From Candidatus Aminicenantes bacterium (GTDB lineage: Bacteria > Acidobacteriota > Aminicenantia > Aminicenantales > UBA4085): DNA of 58,582 bases. The DNA lies in the NCBI GenBank assembly GCA_022866045.1, contig JALHTW010000230.1:1-58582 (forward strand). Direction: 5' to 3'. Numbering within the stretch: the stretch's first letter is position 1; every line of letters begins with the position of its first letter. This document shows, piece by piece, positions 19,157-30,104 of this stretch. The notes beneath the pieces were generated by a model, which searched no databases, was not told the DNA's origin, and saw only the letters and a list, made by a program, of their open reading frames with translations. Position numbers and translations under genes: made by a program.

Positions 19157-19447
19157 ATGGGCAGGTCTTTGAGCAAAGGTCCATTCATCGATTCCCACCT
19201 TCTCGAGAAGATCAAGGCCCTTGAGTCTCAGGGCGAGAAGCGTAAAGTCATCAAGACCTGGTCCCGGCGTTCGACGATTCTCCCGGAAATGGTGGGCCTG
19301 ACCATCGGCGTGCACAATGGCCGGAAGTTCATCCCGGTGTTCATCACAGAAAACATGGTGGGCCATCGCCTGGGCGAGTTCTCTCCGACCCGGACCTTCA
19401 GGGGACATACGTCCAAAGCGGCCAAAGCGGTCAAGGTGGCAAAGTAA
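19157..19447 (+). CDS. rpsS: 30S ribosomal protein S19
   Basis: [22 protein letters not shown]. Confidence 0.97.
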   Translation: MGRSLSKGPFIDSHLLEKIKALESQGEKRKVIKTWSRRSTILPEMVGLTIGVHNGRKFIPVFITENMVGHRLGEFSPTRTFRGHTSKAAKAVKVAK

Positions 19448-19448
19448 C

Positions 19449-19811
19449 ATGGACCCTCAGAAATTCGTTTCCTGCGCAGCTACCCGGCACGTCCGGGTGT
19501 CCGCCCAGAAATGCCGCCTGGTCGCAGACCTCGTCAGGGACCGTTTCGTGGGAGAAGCGCTGACGATCCTCCATTTCTCCGAGAAGAAAAAACTCGCTCT
19601 GGTCATCGAAAAAACGCTCCGCTCGGCGATCGCCAACGCCCAGCAGAAGTCCCCGAACATCGATGTCGACAACCTCTACATCGGCAAGGTCCTCATCAAC
19701 CAGGGACCGGCCTGGAAACGAATCCGTCCGGCCCCGATGGGACGGGCGTTCAGGATTTTGAAACGGACGAGCCACGTCCATATTTATCTCGAAGAGAGAA
19801 AAGGGAGATAG
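19449..19811 (+). CDS. rplV: 50S ribosomal protein L22
   Basis: SAQKCRLVADLVR, SAIANA, KRTSH; start at ATG 19449. Confidence 0.94.
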   Translation: MDPQKFVSCAATRHVRVSAQKCRLVADLVRDRFVGEALTILHFSEKKKLALVIEKTLRSAIANAQQKSPNIDVDNLYIGKVLINQGPAWKRIRPAPMGRAFRILKRTSHVHIYLEERKGR

Positions 19812-19814
19812 ACA

Positions 19815-20483
19815 GTGGGACAGAAGACGCATCCGCACGGTTTTAGACTGGGGTTCAATAAGCAGTGGAGCTCGCGCTGGTTTTCCAAAGGTCCGGAGTA
19901 CGGACGCCTGATCCATGAGGACTTGGAGATGAAGAAGGCGATCAAGGAAAAATATTACCACGCTGGCATCTCTGAAGTAGCCATCGAGCGCATCGGCCCG
20001 AAGATCCGGGTCATCATCCACACGGCGCGGCCGGGCATCATCATCGGCCGCGGCGGCAAGGAGATCGAGAGCCTGAAGAGCCTCCTCGGACGGATCGCCA
20101 AGCGGGAGGTTTACGTCGACATCCGCGAGGTGGACAAGCCCGAGCTCGACGCCCTGCTGGTCGGCGAAGGCATCGGGGTACAGCTCGAGAAGCGCATCGC
20201 CTACCGGCGGGCCATGAGAAAGGCTGTGGAATTGGCCCTCAAGATGGGCGCGAAGGGCATCAAGGTCATGTGTTCCGGCCGGCTCGGCGGCGTCGAGATC
20301 GCCCGGTCGGAATGGTATCTTCGGGGACAGCTCCCGCTTCAGACTCTGCGGGCCGATATCGATTACGGATTCACCGAGGCCTTCACCACCTACGGCCAGA
20401 TCGGCATTAAAGTCTGGATCTACAAGGGCGATATCGAGAAGCCCAAGATGACGTCGCAGACGGCGGAGGTCGAGGAGATTTAG
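19815..20483 (+). CDS. rpsC: 30S ribosomal protein S3
   Basis: [23 protein letters not shown]. Confidence 0.97.
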   Translation: MGQKTHPHGFRLGFNKQWSSRWFSKGPEYGRLIHEDLEMKKAIKEKYYHAGISEVAIERIGPKIRVIIHTARPGIIIGRGGKEIESLKSLLGRIAKREVYVDIREVDKPELDALLVGEGIGVQLEKRIAYRRAMRKAVELALKMGAKGIKVMCSGRLGGVEIARSEWYLRGQLPLQTLRADIDYGFTEAFTTYGQIGIKVWIYKGDIEKPKMTSQTAEVEEI

Positions 20484-20485
20484 CC

Positions 20486-20908
20486 ATGTTGATGCCAAAG
20501 AAAGTCAAGTTCCGCAAGAGCCAGCGCGGACGCATGCGGGGAAAGGCCCGGCGGGGCAACACCCTTTCGTCCGGTGAATTTGGGCTTCAAGCCCTGGAGC
20601 CCTGCTGGCTGACGGCCCGGCAGCTTGAAGCCGGCCGGATCACGATCACCCGCTTCATCAAGCGCCGCGGGAAGCTCTGGCTGCGCGCGTTTCCGTGGAA
20701 GCCCGTGACCAAGAAGCCCACCGAAGTCCGGATGGGCAAGGGCAAGGGCGACCCGGAATTCTGGGTGGACGTCGTCCGGCCGGGCCGGATCATCTACGAG
20801 CTGGAAGGCGTCACCGAAGAAGTCGCCCGGGAGGCCATGCGCCTGGCGTCGCACAAGCTCCCCATCAAGACCCGGTTCATATCCAGAGAATACAGGGAAC
20901 TCCGATGA
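20486..20908 (+). CDS. rplP: 50S ribosomal protein L16
   Basis: [13 protein letters not shown]. Confidence 0.97.
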   Translation: MLMPKKVKFRKSQRGRMRGKARRGNTLSSGEFGLQALEPCWLTARQLEAGRITITRFIKRRGKLWLRAFPWKPVTKKPTEVRMGKGKGDPEFWVDVVRPGRIIYELEGVTEEVAREAMRLASHKLPIKTRFISREYRELR

Positions 20909-21105
20909 AAACAGGCGAATTAAGAGAATTGGATGGGGATGAATTGATCCGGAAAAAAGCGGAGCTCAAGGATCAGCTGTTCAAGCTCCGCTTCCAGCAC
21001 GAGCTGGGGCAGCTTGAGAATGCGGCCAAGCTCCAGACGGTCCGGAGAGATATTGCCCGGATCGAGACGATTCTCAAGGAAATGCAGGCGAAGGCCAAGG
21101 CCTGA
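20905..21105 (+). CDS. rpmC: 50S ribosomal protein L29
   Basis: [21 protein letters not shown]; start at ATG 20905. Confidence 0.94.
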   Translation: MKTGELRELDGDELIRKKAELKDQLFKLRFQHELGQLENAAKLQTVRRDIARIETILKEMQAKAKA

Positions 21106-21122
21106 AAAGGACGGAATCGCAC

Positions 21123-21425
21123 ATGGAAGACAGCGCACGCCAACGAAAAACGACAAAGATCGGGACGGTCGTCGGCAAGAAGATGAAGAAGACGGTCACT
21201 GTCCAGGTGGAACGGCAGGTCCGGCATCCTTTGTATAAAAAGATCATCAAAAAACAACGAACATTTCTCGCTCATGACGAATACGAGAAGTGCAAGCTCG
21301 GCGACGTGGTGCGGATCATCGAGACCCGGCCCATCAGCAAGCGGAAGCGCTGGAGGGTCATCGAGATTGTGGGCCTGGCGGCCTCGCACGAGATTGAGAA
21401 CGAGATCGGGGAAGTAAAGCCATGA
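21123..21425 (+). CDS. rpsQ: 30S ribosomal protein S17
   Basis: [25 protein letters not shown]. Confidence 0.96.
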   Translation: MEDSARQRKTTKIGTVVGKKMKKTVTVQVERQVRHPLYKKIIKKQRTFLAHDEYEKCKLGDVVRIIETRPISKRKRWRVIEIVGLAASHEIENEIGEVKP

Positions 21426-21790
21426 TTCAACAGTACACGATGCTCAGAGTTGCGGATAATTCCGGGGCCCGGCGGATCCGATGCATCACTCCCCTCGGCG
21501 GCGGGGTGGGGCTTGTCTGCTCCATCGGTGACGTTATTTCGGCCAACGTCAGGGAGGCGGACCCCGAAAGCAAGATTCCCAAGGGCAAAGTGGTGCGGGC
21601 CGTGGTCGTCCGGGCGAGGAAGGAGGTCCGGCGAAAAGACGGATCCTACATCCGCTTTGACGATAACGCGGCCGTCATTATCGACAAGGCGGGCGAGCCT
21701 GTCGGGACCCGCGTCTTCGGGCCCGTCGGGCGGGAGCTTCGGGAGAAGAAGTTCATGAAGATCGTGTCGCTCGCGCCGGAGGTGCTGTGA
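21422..21790 (+). CDS. rplN: 50S ribosomal protein L14
   Basis: [26 protein letters not shown]. Confidence 0.97.
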   Translation: MIQQYTMLRVADNSGARRIRCITPLGGGVGLVCSIGDVISANVREADPESKIPKGKVVRAVVVRARKEVRRKDGSYIRFDDNAAVIIDKAGEPVGTRVFGPVGRELREKKFMKIVSLAPEVL

Positions 21791-22122
21791 TGAGCGCGCT
21801 CTCGATCCGAAAGGACGACATCGTCATCGTCAAGCAGGGCAAGGACAAGGGCAAGACCGGCAAGGTCCTCGCGGTCTTTCCGGACAAGCGCCGGGCCATT
21901 GTCGAGAGGATCAATTTTGTTAAGCAATTCATCCGGCCGGACCGGAGTAAGAACGTCCAGGGCGGGATCATGGAGAGGGAAGCCCGTCTCCCGCTGTCCC
22001 GGCTCATGCTTTACTGCGAGGAATGCGGCCGGGGCGTTCGCGTCCGGACAAAGTGCCTCGAGGATGGGACGAAGATGCGGATGTGCCCGAAGTGCGAGAC
22101 CAGTCTGGAAAAGCAGAAGTGA
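21790..22122 (+). CDS. rplX: 50S ribosomal protein L24
   Basis: GKDKGKTGKV KOW motif; C-terminal CxxC..CxxC. Confidence 0.95.
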   Translation: MSALSIRKDDIVIVKQGKDKGKTGKVLAVFPDKRRAIVERINFVKQFIRPDRSKNVQGGIMEREARLPLSRLMLYCEECGRGVRVRTKCLEDGTKMRMCPKCETSLEKQK

Positions 22123-22132
22123 AGGATGACCG

Positions 22133-22678
22133 ATGAGCCGCTTAAACGATAAATACAAGAACGAAGTCGTGCCGTCCCTCCAGAAGGAGTTCGGCATCAA
22201 GAATATGATGGCCGTGCCGCGCCTGGAGAAGATCATCATCAATGTCGGCGTGGGCGAGGCCATCCAGAACGCGAAGGTCCTGGATACAGCGAGGGCCGAG
22301 CTGGGCCAGATCACGGGCCAGATGCCCGTCATCAGCCGGGCCAAGAAATCCATATCGGCTTTCAAGCTGAGAAAGGGCGTGGCCATCGCCTGTTACGTGA
22401 CGCTGCGGAGCAGGAGGATGTACGAATTCTTCGACCGCCTGGTCAACATCGTCCTCCCGCGCGTCCGCGACTTCCGCGGCGTGTCGCCCAAGGCCTTCGA
22501 CGGCCGGGGGAACTACACTCTGGGCGTCAAGGACCAGCTCGTGTTCCCGGAGATCGATTATACGAAAGTGGAAAAAAGCCGGGGGATGAACATCACCATC
22601 GTCACCTCGGCGCGCAATGACAAGGAAGCATTTGCCCTGCTAAGAGGATTGGGCATGCCGTTCCGAGAGTCACAGTAA
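22133..22678 (+). CDS. rplE: 50S ribosomal protein L5
   Basis: [25 protein letters not shown]. Confidence 0.97.
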   Translation: MSRLNDKYKNEVVPSLQKEFGIKNMMAVPRLEKIIINVGVGEAIQNAKVLDTARAELGQITGQMPVISRAKKSISAFKLRKGVAIACYVTLRSRRMYEFFDRLVNIVLPRVRDFRGVSPKAFDGRGNYTLGVKDQLVFPEIDYTKVEKSRGMNITIVTSARNDKEAFALLRGLGMPFRESQ

Positions 22679-22691
22679 AAGGAAGGAGACT

Positions 22692-22877
22692 ATGTCGACG
22701 ACATCGGCTTTCGCCAAATACCTCAGAAAACCCAAATATGCGATCCGCGTCCGGCGCCGCTGCCGGATCTGCGGGAGGTCCCGGGGTTATTACCGGAAAT
22801 TCGACATGTGCCGCTTGTGCTTCCGGGAGCTCGCCCACAAGGGAGAGATTCCGGGCATCGTCAAAGCGTCGTGGTGA
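22692..22877 (+). CDS. rpsZ: 30S ribosomal protein S14, zinc-binding type Z
   Basis: 61 aa, [15 protein letters not shown]. Confidence 0.95.
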   Translation: MSTTSAFAKYLRKPKYAIRVRRRCRICGRSRGYYRKFDMCRLCFRELAHKGEIPGIVKASW

Positions 22878-22898
22878 ATATCCAGAAAGGATAACAAC

Positions 22899-23297
22899 AT
22901 GAGCATAACAGACCCCATTGCGGATATGCTAACCCGGATGCGGAACGCGTCCCTCATCAAGCGGAAGGACGTCAGCATGCCGTCCTCGAGGCTGAAAGTG
23001 GAGATCGCCAAGATCCTGAAGGACGAAGGGTATATCAAAAACTTCAAGGTCATCGACGACGATAAGCAGGGGATCTTGAACATCACCCTGAAATATACGG
23101 AGGCCAATCAGAGCGTCATCACCGGCTTGCGCCGCGTGAGCAAGCCCGGCTGCCGAATCTACTGCACCCAAGATTCCCTTCCCAAGGTCCTGGACGGGCT
23201 CGGGATCGCCGTCATTTCGACTTCGAAAGGCATGGCCACGGGAAGGACGTGCGAAGAGCACGGCGTCGGCGGAGAGGTCTTGTGCTACGTCTGGTGA
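22899..23297 (+). CDS. rpsH: 30S ribosomal protein S8
   Basis: DPIADMLTR, SKPGCRIY, GGEVLCYVW. Confidence 0.97.
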   Translation: MSITDPIADMLTRMRNASLIKRKDVSMPSSRLKVEIAKILKDEGYIKNFKVIDDDKQGILNITLKYTEANQSVITGLRRVSKPGCRIYCTQDSLPKVLDGLGIAVISTSKGMATGRTCEEHGVGGEVLCYVW

Positions 23298-23322
23298 GGT
23301 TTCACGGAGAAAGGGTCGAACC

Positions 23323-23868
23323 ATGTCAAGGGTAGGGAAAAAACCAATCGTGTTGCCCGAAGGCGTGAAGGTCAATATTCTGTCCGACAAGATCGAGTTT
23401 GAAGGCCAGAAAGGAAAGCTGGCCTCCCCGCTTTGCCAGGGGATCACTGCCCGGACCGAAGGGAAGAACCTCGTCCTGGCAAGGGTCGATGACTCCAAGG
23501 AGCAGAAGGCCCTCCACGGCCTGTGCCGGGCCCTGGCCGCGAACGCCGCGCTCGGCGTCTCGCAAGGATTCCAAAAGCAGCTCGAGATCGTCGGCGTCGG
23601 ATACAAAGCAAGGCTCGAGAAGGATAAGCTCGAGCTCTCCCTTGGATATTCGAAGCCCGTTGTTTACGAAGTCCCCAAGGACATCGAGATCGTCGTCGAA
23701 AAGCCGACGCTCCTCACGATCCGGGGCAGCGATAAGCAGCGGGTGGGCCAGGTGGCGGACGAGATCAAACGTTTCCGCAAACCCGATCCGTATAAGCTCA
23801 AGGGCATACGCTATGTCGGCGAAAAATTGATCAAGAAAGAACGCAAAGCGGGGGTCACCGGTGCTTAA
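23323..23868 (+). CDS. rplF: 50S ribosomal protein L6
   Basis: MSRVGKKPI, GVGYKA, PDPYKLKGIRY. Confidence 0.96.
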   Translation: MSRVGKKPIVLPEGVKVNILSDKIEFEGQKGKLASPLCQGITARTEGKNLVLARVDDSKEQKALHGLCRALAANAALGVSQGFQKQLEIVGVGYKARLEKDKLELSLGYSKPVVYEVPKDIEIVVEKPTLLTIRGSDKQRVGQVADEIKRFRKPDPYKLKGIRYVGEKLIKKERKAGVTGA

Positions 23869-24235
23869 AGATAAAGTCAAGACCAAAGAAGAAACCAAAG
23901 TTCGGATCCGGCGAAGAATCCGGAAGAAGGTCCGAGGGACCGCCGAGCGTCCGCGGGTGTTCGTGTTCAAGAGCAATCGATACGTCTACACCCAGGCCGT
24001 GAACGACGACAACGGCAAGGTGCTCGTATCGGCCTGCACGCTCGAAAAGTCGTTCAAAGAGAACAGCAAGAACTTCAAGAACATCCAGAGCTGCGAGAAG
24101 CTCGGGGAGATCCTGGCCCAACGGCTCAGGGAGAAGAACATCGACAAGGTCGTTTTCGACCGGGGTGTTTATCCTTATCACGGCAGGATCAAGGCGCTGG
24201 CGGAGGCCATGAGAAAAGGCGGGCTTGTTTTTTAG
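23861..24235 (+). CDS. rplR: 50S ribosomal protein L18
   Basis: VVFDRGVYPYHGRIKALAE. Confidence 0.96.
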   Translation: MLKDKVKTKEETKVRIRRRIRKKVRGTAERPRVFVFKSNRYVYTQAVNDDNGKVLVSACTLEKSFKENSKNFKNIQSCEKLGEILAQRLREKNIDKVVFDRGVYPYHGRIKALAEAMRKGGLVF

Positions 24236-24259
24236 TCCCGCGAAACGCAAGGAGGACAC

Positions 24260-24799
24260 GTGCACGAGGAAAACACCAAGGCTGGAGAAACGCAACAGGC
24301 ACAGGAGACGTTCGACGAGCTCGCGGAACTCAAGGATCAAGTGATTAACATCCGCCGGGTGTCGAAGGTCGTCAAAGGCGGCAAGAACTTGAGCTTTGCC
24401 GCGCTTGTTGCCGTCGGGAACGGGCGGGGCCTGGTCGGCGTCGGTAAGGGCAAAGCCCGTGAAGTGCCTGCCGCTATTGCCAAGGCCGTGGAGAATGCCA
24501 AAAAGCATCTCGTCCGGATCAACCTGGCCGAGACAACGATCGCTCACTACGTCCGCGGCGAAGCCGACGCTGGCGTCGTCGTCCTGCGCCCGGCTTCGAA
24601 AGGCACGGGTGTCATCGCCGGCGGCGCTGTCCGGGTCATCCTGGAGCTCGCGGGAGTCAAGGACATCCTGACGAAATCCCTGCGCAGCCACAATCCGATC
24701 AGCGTCGCCCACGCCACGTTGGACGCCCTGAAGAAATTGAAGGACCCTTCCCATGTCTCAAAGAACCGGGGGAAAACGAAGGAGGCGATATGGCAGTGA
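24260..24799 (+). CDS. rpsE: 30S ribosomal protein S5
   Basis: [17 protein letters not shown]. Confidence 0.96.
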   Translation: MHEENTKAGETQQAQETFDELAELKDQVINIRRVSKVVKGGKNLSFAALVAVGNGRGLVGVGKGKAREVPAAIAKAVENAKKHLVRINLAETTIAHYVRGEADAGVVVLRPASKGTGVIAGGAVRVILELAGVKDILTKSLRSHNPISVAHATLDALKKLKDPSHVSKNRGKTKEAIWQ

Positions 24800-24996
24800 A
24801 AGAGCAAAAAAGCGAACTGAGAATTAAGCTCGTCCGCAGCCTCATCGGCTACCCTCAGAATCAGCGTAAGGTCGCCTGGGGCCTGGGGTTAAGAAAGTTG
24901 AACTCTGAGGTCATTCGCAAGGACGGCCCGGAGATCTGGGGCATGATCAGGAAGATCCCGCACCTTGTCAAGGTGGAGGTCTTGGAGAAAAAATGA
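24790..24996 (+). CDS. rpmD: 50S ribosomal protein L30
   Basis: [26 protein letters not shown]. Confidence 0.93.
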   Translation: MAVKEQKSELRIKLVRSLIGYPQNQRKVAWGLGLRKLNSEVIRKDGPEIWGMIRKIPHLVKVEVLEKK

Positions 24997-25439
24997 ATCT
25001 CAGCAATCTGCATCCCGCAAAAGGTTCCCGGAAGGACAGACTCAGGGTCGGGCGGGGTCCCGGCTCCGGCCGCCAGAAGACCTCGGGACGAGGAAATAAA
25101 GGCCAAAAGGCGGGCGCTGGATTTTCCCGGAAGCGCGGCTTCGAAGGCGGTCAGATGCCCCTTCACCGGCGGCTGCCCAAGCGCGGCTTCCATAACATCT
25201 TTAGGACGGAATACGCCGAAGTGAACCTGGACCGGTTGGCGAAGGTCGCCAACAAGGCCGAAGTGACGTTGAAAGACATGATGGAAGCCGGCCTCATCAA
25301 GAAGGAGTCCGAGCGCGTCAAGATCTTGGGACGGGGAACGATTGACTCGTCCTTGACCATACATGCCCACAAGTTTTCCCGGTCCGCCGAGGAGAAGATC
25401 GAGAAAGCGGGTGGGAAAGCCGTCGTCATCGGGAAATAA
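24993..25439 (+). CDS. rplO: 50S ribosomal protein L15
   Basis: [18 protein letters not shown]. Confidence 0.97.
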   Translation: MNLSNLHPAKGSRKDRLRVGRGPGSGRQKTSGRGNKGQKAGAGFSRKRGFEGGQMPLHRRLPKRGFHNIFRTEYAEVNLDRLAKVANKAEVTLKDMMEAGLIKKESERVKILGRGTIDSSLTIHAHKFSRSAEEKIEKAGGKAVVIGK

Positions 25440-25442
25440 AAA

Positions 25443-26822
25443 ATGCTGGACAGCATCAGAAACATCTTCAGCATCCCTGAGCTTAGAAAACGGGTGATCT
25501 TCACCCTGCTGCTGCTGGCCGTTTATCGCGCCGGCGGCCAGATCCCGAATCCGGGGATCAGCTCCTCGGCCCTAGCCGAGTTCTGGCAGGCTCAGAAAGG
25601 GACGATCCTCGGGTTCATTGACCTGTTCTCCGGAAGATACATGTCGAAGATGACGATCTTCGCCCTGGGCATAATGCCCTACATCAGCGCCTCGATCATC
25701 CTCCAGCTCCTCCAGGTCGTCTGGCCTTACTTGGAACGGCTGGCCAAAGAAGGCGAGCTCGGCCGAAAAAAGATCACCCAATACACCCGCTACGGCACGA
25801 TCGTCATCTGTGTCATCCAGGCCTGGGCCATTGCCTTCTTGCTCCAGAAGCTGACCAGCCCGGGCGGGGCGCGTATCGTTCCCAATCCCGGCCTTCCCTT
25901 CCAGTTGCTGACTGTCCTGACCCTGACGACGGGGACGATCTTCGTCATGTGGCTGGGCGAACAGATCTCAGAACGGGGCATCGGCAACGGCATCTCGCTC
26001 ATCATCTTTGCCGGAATTGTCGCCCGATTTCCGGCCGGGCTCAGCACCATCGTTTCCGGACTCAAAACGGGAAGCTGGGACCCCATTAAGGCTATCCTTG
26101 TCCTTGTGATGATTTTGGCTGTCATCGCCTTTATTGTCTTCATCGAACGGGGGCAGAGGCGGATCCCTGTATCTTACGCGAAGCGGGTCGTCGGCCGGAA
26201 AGTCTATGGCGGCCAGAGCACGCACCTTCCCTTGAGGGTCAACACAGGCGGCGTCATCCCCATCATCTTCGCTGCGTCGATCATTACCATCCCGAGCACG
26301 ATCGCGGCCATGATCAAGATACCCGTCTTTCAGAACATTTCCGCCGCGTTCAGCCCCGGTATGCCGCTCTATAATCTTCTCTACGTAGCATCCATCATCT
26401 TCTTTACCTATTTTTACGTTTCGATCATTTTCAACCCGACCGACGTCGCGGACAACCTCCAGAAATACGGCGGCTTCATTCCCGGTATACGCCCGGGTAA
26501 GAACTCTTCGGATTACATCGATACGATCCTGTCGAGGATCACGCTCGTCGGCGCCATCTATCTGGCGATTATCTCCATTCTCCCCGAATTCCTGATGACC
26601 GGGTTCAAGGTCCAGTCGATCCCGTTCATCGGGAACTTCCTCGACGCCAACCTTCCGAAATTCGTCACCCAAGGTCTCCAAGTTGATTTTTACTTCGGCG
26701 GGACGTCGATCCTAATCGTCGTCGGTGTGGCCATGGATACGCTGCAGCAGATCGAAGCGCAACTTGTTATGCGCCATTACGATGGCTTCATGCGTCGCGG
26801 CCGCATCAAAGGGAGAAGGTGA
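25443..26822 (+). CDS. secY: Preprotein translocase subunit SecY
   Basis: IFALGIMPYISASII, GIGNGISLII, IPGIRPG, GGTSILIVVGV. Confidence 0.98.
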   Translation: MLDSIRNIFSIPELRKRVIFTLLLLAVYRAGGQIPNPGISSSALAEFWQAQKGTILGFIDLFSGRYMSKMTIFALGIMPYISASIILQLLQVVWPYLERLAKEGELGRKKITQYTRYGTIVICVIQAWAIAFLLQKLTSPGGARIVPNPGLPFQLLTVLTLTTGTIFVMWLGEQISERGIGNGISLIIFAGIVARFPAGLSTIVSGLKTGSWDPIKAILVLVMILAVIAFIVFIERGQRRIPVSYAKRVVGRKVYGGQSTHLPLRVNTGGVIPIIFAASIITIPSTIAAMIKIPVFQNISAAFSPGMPLYNLLYVASIIFFTYFYVSIIFNPTDVADNLQKYGGFIPGIRPGKNSSDYIDTILSRITLVGAIYLAIISILPEFLMTGFKVQSIPFIGNFLDANLPKFVTQGLQVDFYFGGTSILIVVGVAMDTLQQIEAQLVMRHYDGFMRRGRIKGRR

Positions 26823-27493
26823 TGAGGATCATTCTCCTCGGCGCGCCCGGTAGCGGCAAAGGAACCCAGGGGGACCTGATGGCCAAGCGCTATGGCTTCC
26901 CCAGGATCTCCACGGGCGACCTGCTGCGCCAGGCCGTAAAGATGCGAACGCCTCTCGGCAGAAAGGCCGAGGCCATCATGAAAGAGGGTTTGTTGGTAAA
27001 CGACGAGATCGTCGAGGAGCTCGTCCGAGAGCGCATCGCGGACCCGGGCTGCCGTAAAGGATACATCCTTGACGGCTTCCCGAGAACGGTCGCCCAGGCC
27101 GAGGCCTTAAAGGAAATAGACGGCAAACGGCCTGAAATCGTGATCGGGGTTGAGGTTCCGTCCGAGGTCCTCATGGAACGCCTGAGCAGAAGGCGTGTCT
27201 GTCCTTCATGCCAGGCTATCTATAACCTCATAGTCCAGCCGCCGAAGGATCAAGGACAATGCGATGTTTGTCAGAGCAAGCTTGTCCAGCGCTCCGATGA
27301 CGAGCCAGACGTAATCCGGGAGCGGCTCAAAGTCTATTGCGAACAAACCGAGAAGCTGAAGGATTATTATCTTCGAAAGAGATCTTATCGGCCGGTTGAT
27401 GGCCGGGGGACGATCGAAGAGATCTTCCGGAGGATCGTCCATATCCTGGACGAGGCACTGGGCAAAGACGAAATGCGCCGGGTGGAGACATGA
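26822..27493 (+). CDS. adk: Adenylate kinase (Zn-LID type)
   Basis: GAPGSGKGTQ, LDGFPRT, CPSC..CDVC. Confidence 0.96.
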   Translation: MRIILLGAPGSGKGTQGDLMAKRYGFPRISTGDLLRQAVKMRTPLGRKAEAIMKEGLLVNDEIVEELVRERIADPGCRKGYILDGFPRTVAQAEALKEIDGKRPEIVIGVEVPSEVLMERLSRRRVCPSCQAIYNLIVQPPKDQGQCDVCQSKLVQRSDDEPDVIRERLKVYCEQTEKLKDYYLRKRSYRPVDGRGTIEEIFRRIVHILDEALGKDEMRRVET

Positions 27494-28284
27494 TCATCTA
27501 CAAGACGGACGAAGAGATTCGGGCGATGGGCGAGAGTTCCCGGATCGTCGCCAGGATCCTGAACGAACTCCAAGCCATGATCAAGCCCGGTGTCCTGACT
27601 TCCGATCTAGACGGGCACGCCGAGCGGCGCGCCAGGGAACTCGGGGCGAAACCCGCGTTCAAAGGCTACCGCGGTTATCCGGCTTCGCTGTGCATTTCGA
27701 TCAACGAAGAGATCATCCACGGCATCCCCTCGCCCCGGACGCTCCGCGAAGGCGACATCGTCAGCCTCGATTTCGGCGTCCTGTACAACGGATTTTATGG
27801 GGATGCGGCGCGAACCTTTCCCGTTGGCCATATTTCCCCGCAAGCCCGGAAGCTCATCCAGGCGGCCGAGGAGGCCCTCACTAAAGGTTTAGCGAAGATG
27901 GTCGAAGGGAACAGGATCTCGGACATCTCGGCCGCTATCCAGGAGCATGTGGAAGCGCAGGGCTTTTCCGTGATCCGCGCCTTCGTGGGACACGGCATCG
28001 GCCATGCCCTTCACGAGGAACCCCAGGTCCCGAATTTCGGGTTCCCGGGGAGAGGGTCAAAGATCAGACGGGGCCTCGTCCTGGCCATTGAACCCATGAT
28101 CGCGGCCGGGGACTGGGACGCGGAGATCCTTATGGACGGCTGGACGGCCATCACCAAGGATCGGAGCCTGGCCGCCCATTATGAGCAGACCGTAGCGCTC
28201 ACCGACCGCGGCGTGGAGATCTTGAGCGTCGCCGAGGAAGAGGCTTCCCGCGGCCATCTTTTGAAGGAGCAGCCTTATGCCTAA
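27490..28284 (+). CDS. map: Methionine aminopeptidase type I
   Basis: [30 protein letters not shown]. Confidence 0.96.
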   Translation: MIIYKTDEEIRAMGESSRIVARILNELQAMIKPGVLTSDLDGHAERRARELGAKPAFKGYRGYPASLCISINEEIIHGIPSPRTLREGDIVSLDFGVLYNGFYGDAARTFPVGHISPQARKLIQAAEEALTKGLAKMVEGNRISDISAAIQEHVEAQGFSVIRAFVGHGIGHALHEEPQVPNFGFPGRGSKIRRGLVLAIEPMIAAGDWDAEILMDGWTAITKDRSLAAHYEQTVALTDRGVEILSVAEEEASRGHLLKEQPYA

Positions 28285-28495
28285 AGAAGATGTTTTCGAG
28301 GCCGAGGGCACGGTTTTGGAGACTCTGCCGAACGCCATGTTCCGGGTGGAACTGGCCAACAAGCATCGCATCCTGGCCCATATCTCGGGCAAAATGAGAA
28401 AGCATTTCATCCGGATCCTTCCCGGGGACAAAGTCCTCGTCGAGATCTCGCCGTACGACCTGACCAAGGGAAGAATTACGTATCGATTTAAATAA
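28277..28495 (+). CDS. infA: Translation initiation factor IF-1
   Basis: [26 protein letters not shown]. Confidence 0.97.
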   Translation: MPKEDVFEAEGTVLETLPNAMFRVELANKHRILAHISGKMRKHFIRILPGDKVLVEISPYDLTKGRITYRFK

Positions 28496-28507
28496 AGGAC
28501 GACGCGC

Positions 28508-28621
28508 ATGAAAGTGAGAGCATCGGTCAAGAAGATCTGCAGGAACTGCAAAATCATCAAACGGAAGGGGAGCGTCCGCGTGATCTGCTCCAATCCCAGG
28601 CATAAACAAAGACAAGGCTAA
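28508..28621 (+). CDS. rpmJ: 50S ribosomal protein L36 (C+ type)
   Basis: Manual translation [37 protein letters not shown]; below ORF-track cutoff. Confidence 0.96.
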   Translation: MKVRASVKKICRNCKIIKRKGSVRVICSNPRHKQRQG

Positions 28622-28632
28622 ACGAGGTCACC

Positions 28633-29007
28633 ATGGCAAGAATCGCAGGTATCACTCTTCCCCCGGAAAAACGGATCGAGATCGGGCTGACCTATATCTT
28701 TGGCATCGGCCGGTCCAAGTCGGCCAAGATCCTGGAAGAGGCCAAGATCGACAAGAACAAGAAGGTCAAGGCCCTCACGGAGGATGAGGTCAACAAGATC
28801 CGGCAGATCATCGAGAAGCGGGAAAAGATCGAGGGTGATTTGCGCAAGGAAATCAGCATGAACATAAAGCGGCTGATCGACATCGGCTGCTACCGCGGCC
28901 AGCGCCACAAGCGGAAACTGCCGGTGCGGGGCCAGCGGACGAAGACCAACGCTCGGACGCGGAAAGGGCCGCGCGGGCACACGATCAAGAAGATAAAGGC
29001 GACATAA
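28633..29007 (+). CDS. rpsM: 30S ribosomal protein S13
   Basis: [23 protein letters not shown]. Confidence 0.97.
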   Translation: MARIAGITLPPEKRIEIGLTYIFGIGRSKSAKILEEAKIDKNKKVKALTEDEVNKIRQIIEKREKIEGDLRKEISMNIKRLIDIGCYRGQRHKRKLPVRGQRTKTNARTRKGPRGHTIKKIKAT

Positions 29008-29027
29008 TTCTCGCGAAGGGAGCATCC

Positions 29028-29429
29028 ATGGCCACAGCGAAACCAAAGACCAAGGTCAAATCGAAGAAAAAAGCCAGGAAGGAAATCGGGTATGGTGTTG
29101 CGCACATCCAGTCGACGTTCAACAACACCATCATCACCATAACAGATCACCAGGGCAACACGGTCTGCTGGACGAGCTCCGGCACGGCTGGGTTCAAGGG
29201 CGCCCGCAAGGGCACGCCGTTCGCCGCGCAGCTGGCCGGGAAGGAAGCGTCCAACCGGGCCCGGGATTACGGCGTTCGCTACGTTGACGTCCGGATCAAA
29301 GGACCGGGCGCGGGCCGGGAGTCCGCCATCCGCGCCCTCCAGTCGGCCGGGATCGAGATCAAGTCCATCAAGGATGTGACGCCGATCCCGCACAACGGGT
29401 GCCGGGTCCGGAGACGCCGGAGAGTCTAA
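29028..29429 (+). CDS. rpsK: 30S ribosomal protein S11
   Basis: [18 protein letters not shown]. Confidence 0.97.
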   Translation: MATAKPKTKVKSKKKARKEIGYGVAHIQSTFNNTIITITDHQGNTVCWTSSGTAGFKGARKGTPFAAQLAGKEASNRARDYGVRYVDVRIKGPGAGRESAIRALQSAGIEIKSIKDVTPIPHNGCRVRRRRRV

Positions 29430-29439
29430 GGAGTGAATG

Positions 29440-30066
29440 ATGTCGAGATACAGAGAACCAATCTGCCGCCTGTGCCGGGTCGAGAAATCCAAGCTCTTTC
29501 TCAAGGGGAACAAGTGCCTGACCGATAAATGTCCGCTGGAGCGGCGGGCCTACCCTCCAGGCCAGCATGGGCGGAGCCGGAGACGGATCCTGGGCTACGG
29601 GATTCAGCTCCGGGAGAAGCAAAAGCTCAAACGGTATTACGGGATGTCGGAGAAGCAATTCCGCCTCTTCTTCGAGCGGGCGGAGCGCCAGAAGGGCATC
29701 ACGGGTGAGACGCTCCTGGCCATGCTCGAGCGGCGCCTGGACAACGTGGTCTTTCTGACTGGCTTCGCCCATTCGCGGGCCCATGCCCGGCAGCTGATCA
29801 ACCACGGGCACTTTCTCGTCAACGAGTCGCGGGTCACCATCCCGTCGTTCCAAGTCAAGGCTGGCGACGTGGTCACCTTCCGCGAGCGCTCGGCGAAGTC
29901 CGAGGATGTAAAGGCGATGCTCGAGGTCCACAAGAACAAGGCCGTTCCGGGCTGGCTTGAAGCCGACTGGGACGGAAAAACGGCCAGGATCGTTGCGCTG
30001 CCGACCCGGGCGGACATCACCATGCCCGTTGAGGAGCATATGGTCGTCGAGTTGTATTCCAAGTAA
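29440..30066 (+). CDS. rpsD: 30S ribosomal protein S4
   Basis: CRLCR..KC..KC Zn motif, LERRLDNVV, ARQLINHGH; alternative ATG at 29437. Confidence 0.96.
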   Translation: MSRYREPICRLCRVEKSKLFLKGNKCLTDKCPLERRAYPPGQHGRSRRRILGYGIQLREKQKLKRYYGMSEKQFRLFFERAERQKGITGETLLAMLERRLDNVVFLTGFAHSRAHARQLINHGHFLVNESRVTIPSFQVKAGDVVTFRERSAKSEDVKAMLEVHKNKAVPGWLEADWDGKTARIVALPTRADITMPVEEHMVVELYSK

Positions 30067-30104
30067 GGTTTTGATAAATTTTTGAATCCTCAAAAGGAGG
30101 AACA

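Noticed and set aside
28200-28284. C-terminal tail of Map overlapping infA
   Set aside because: Explained by translational coupling; the tail encodes the infA SD.
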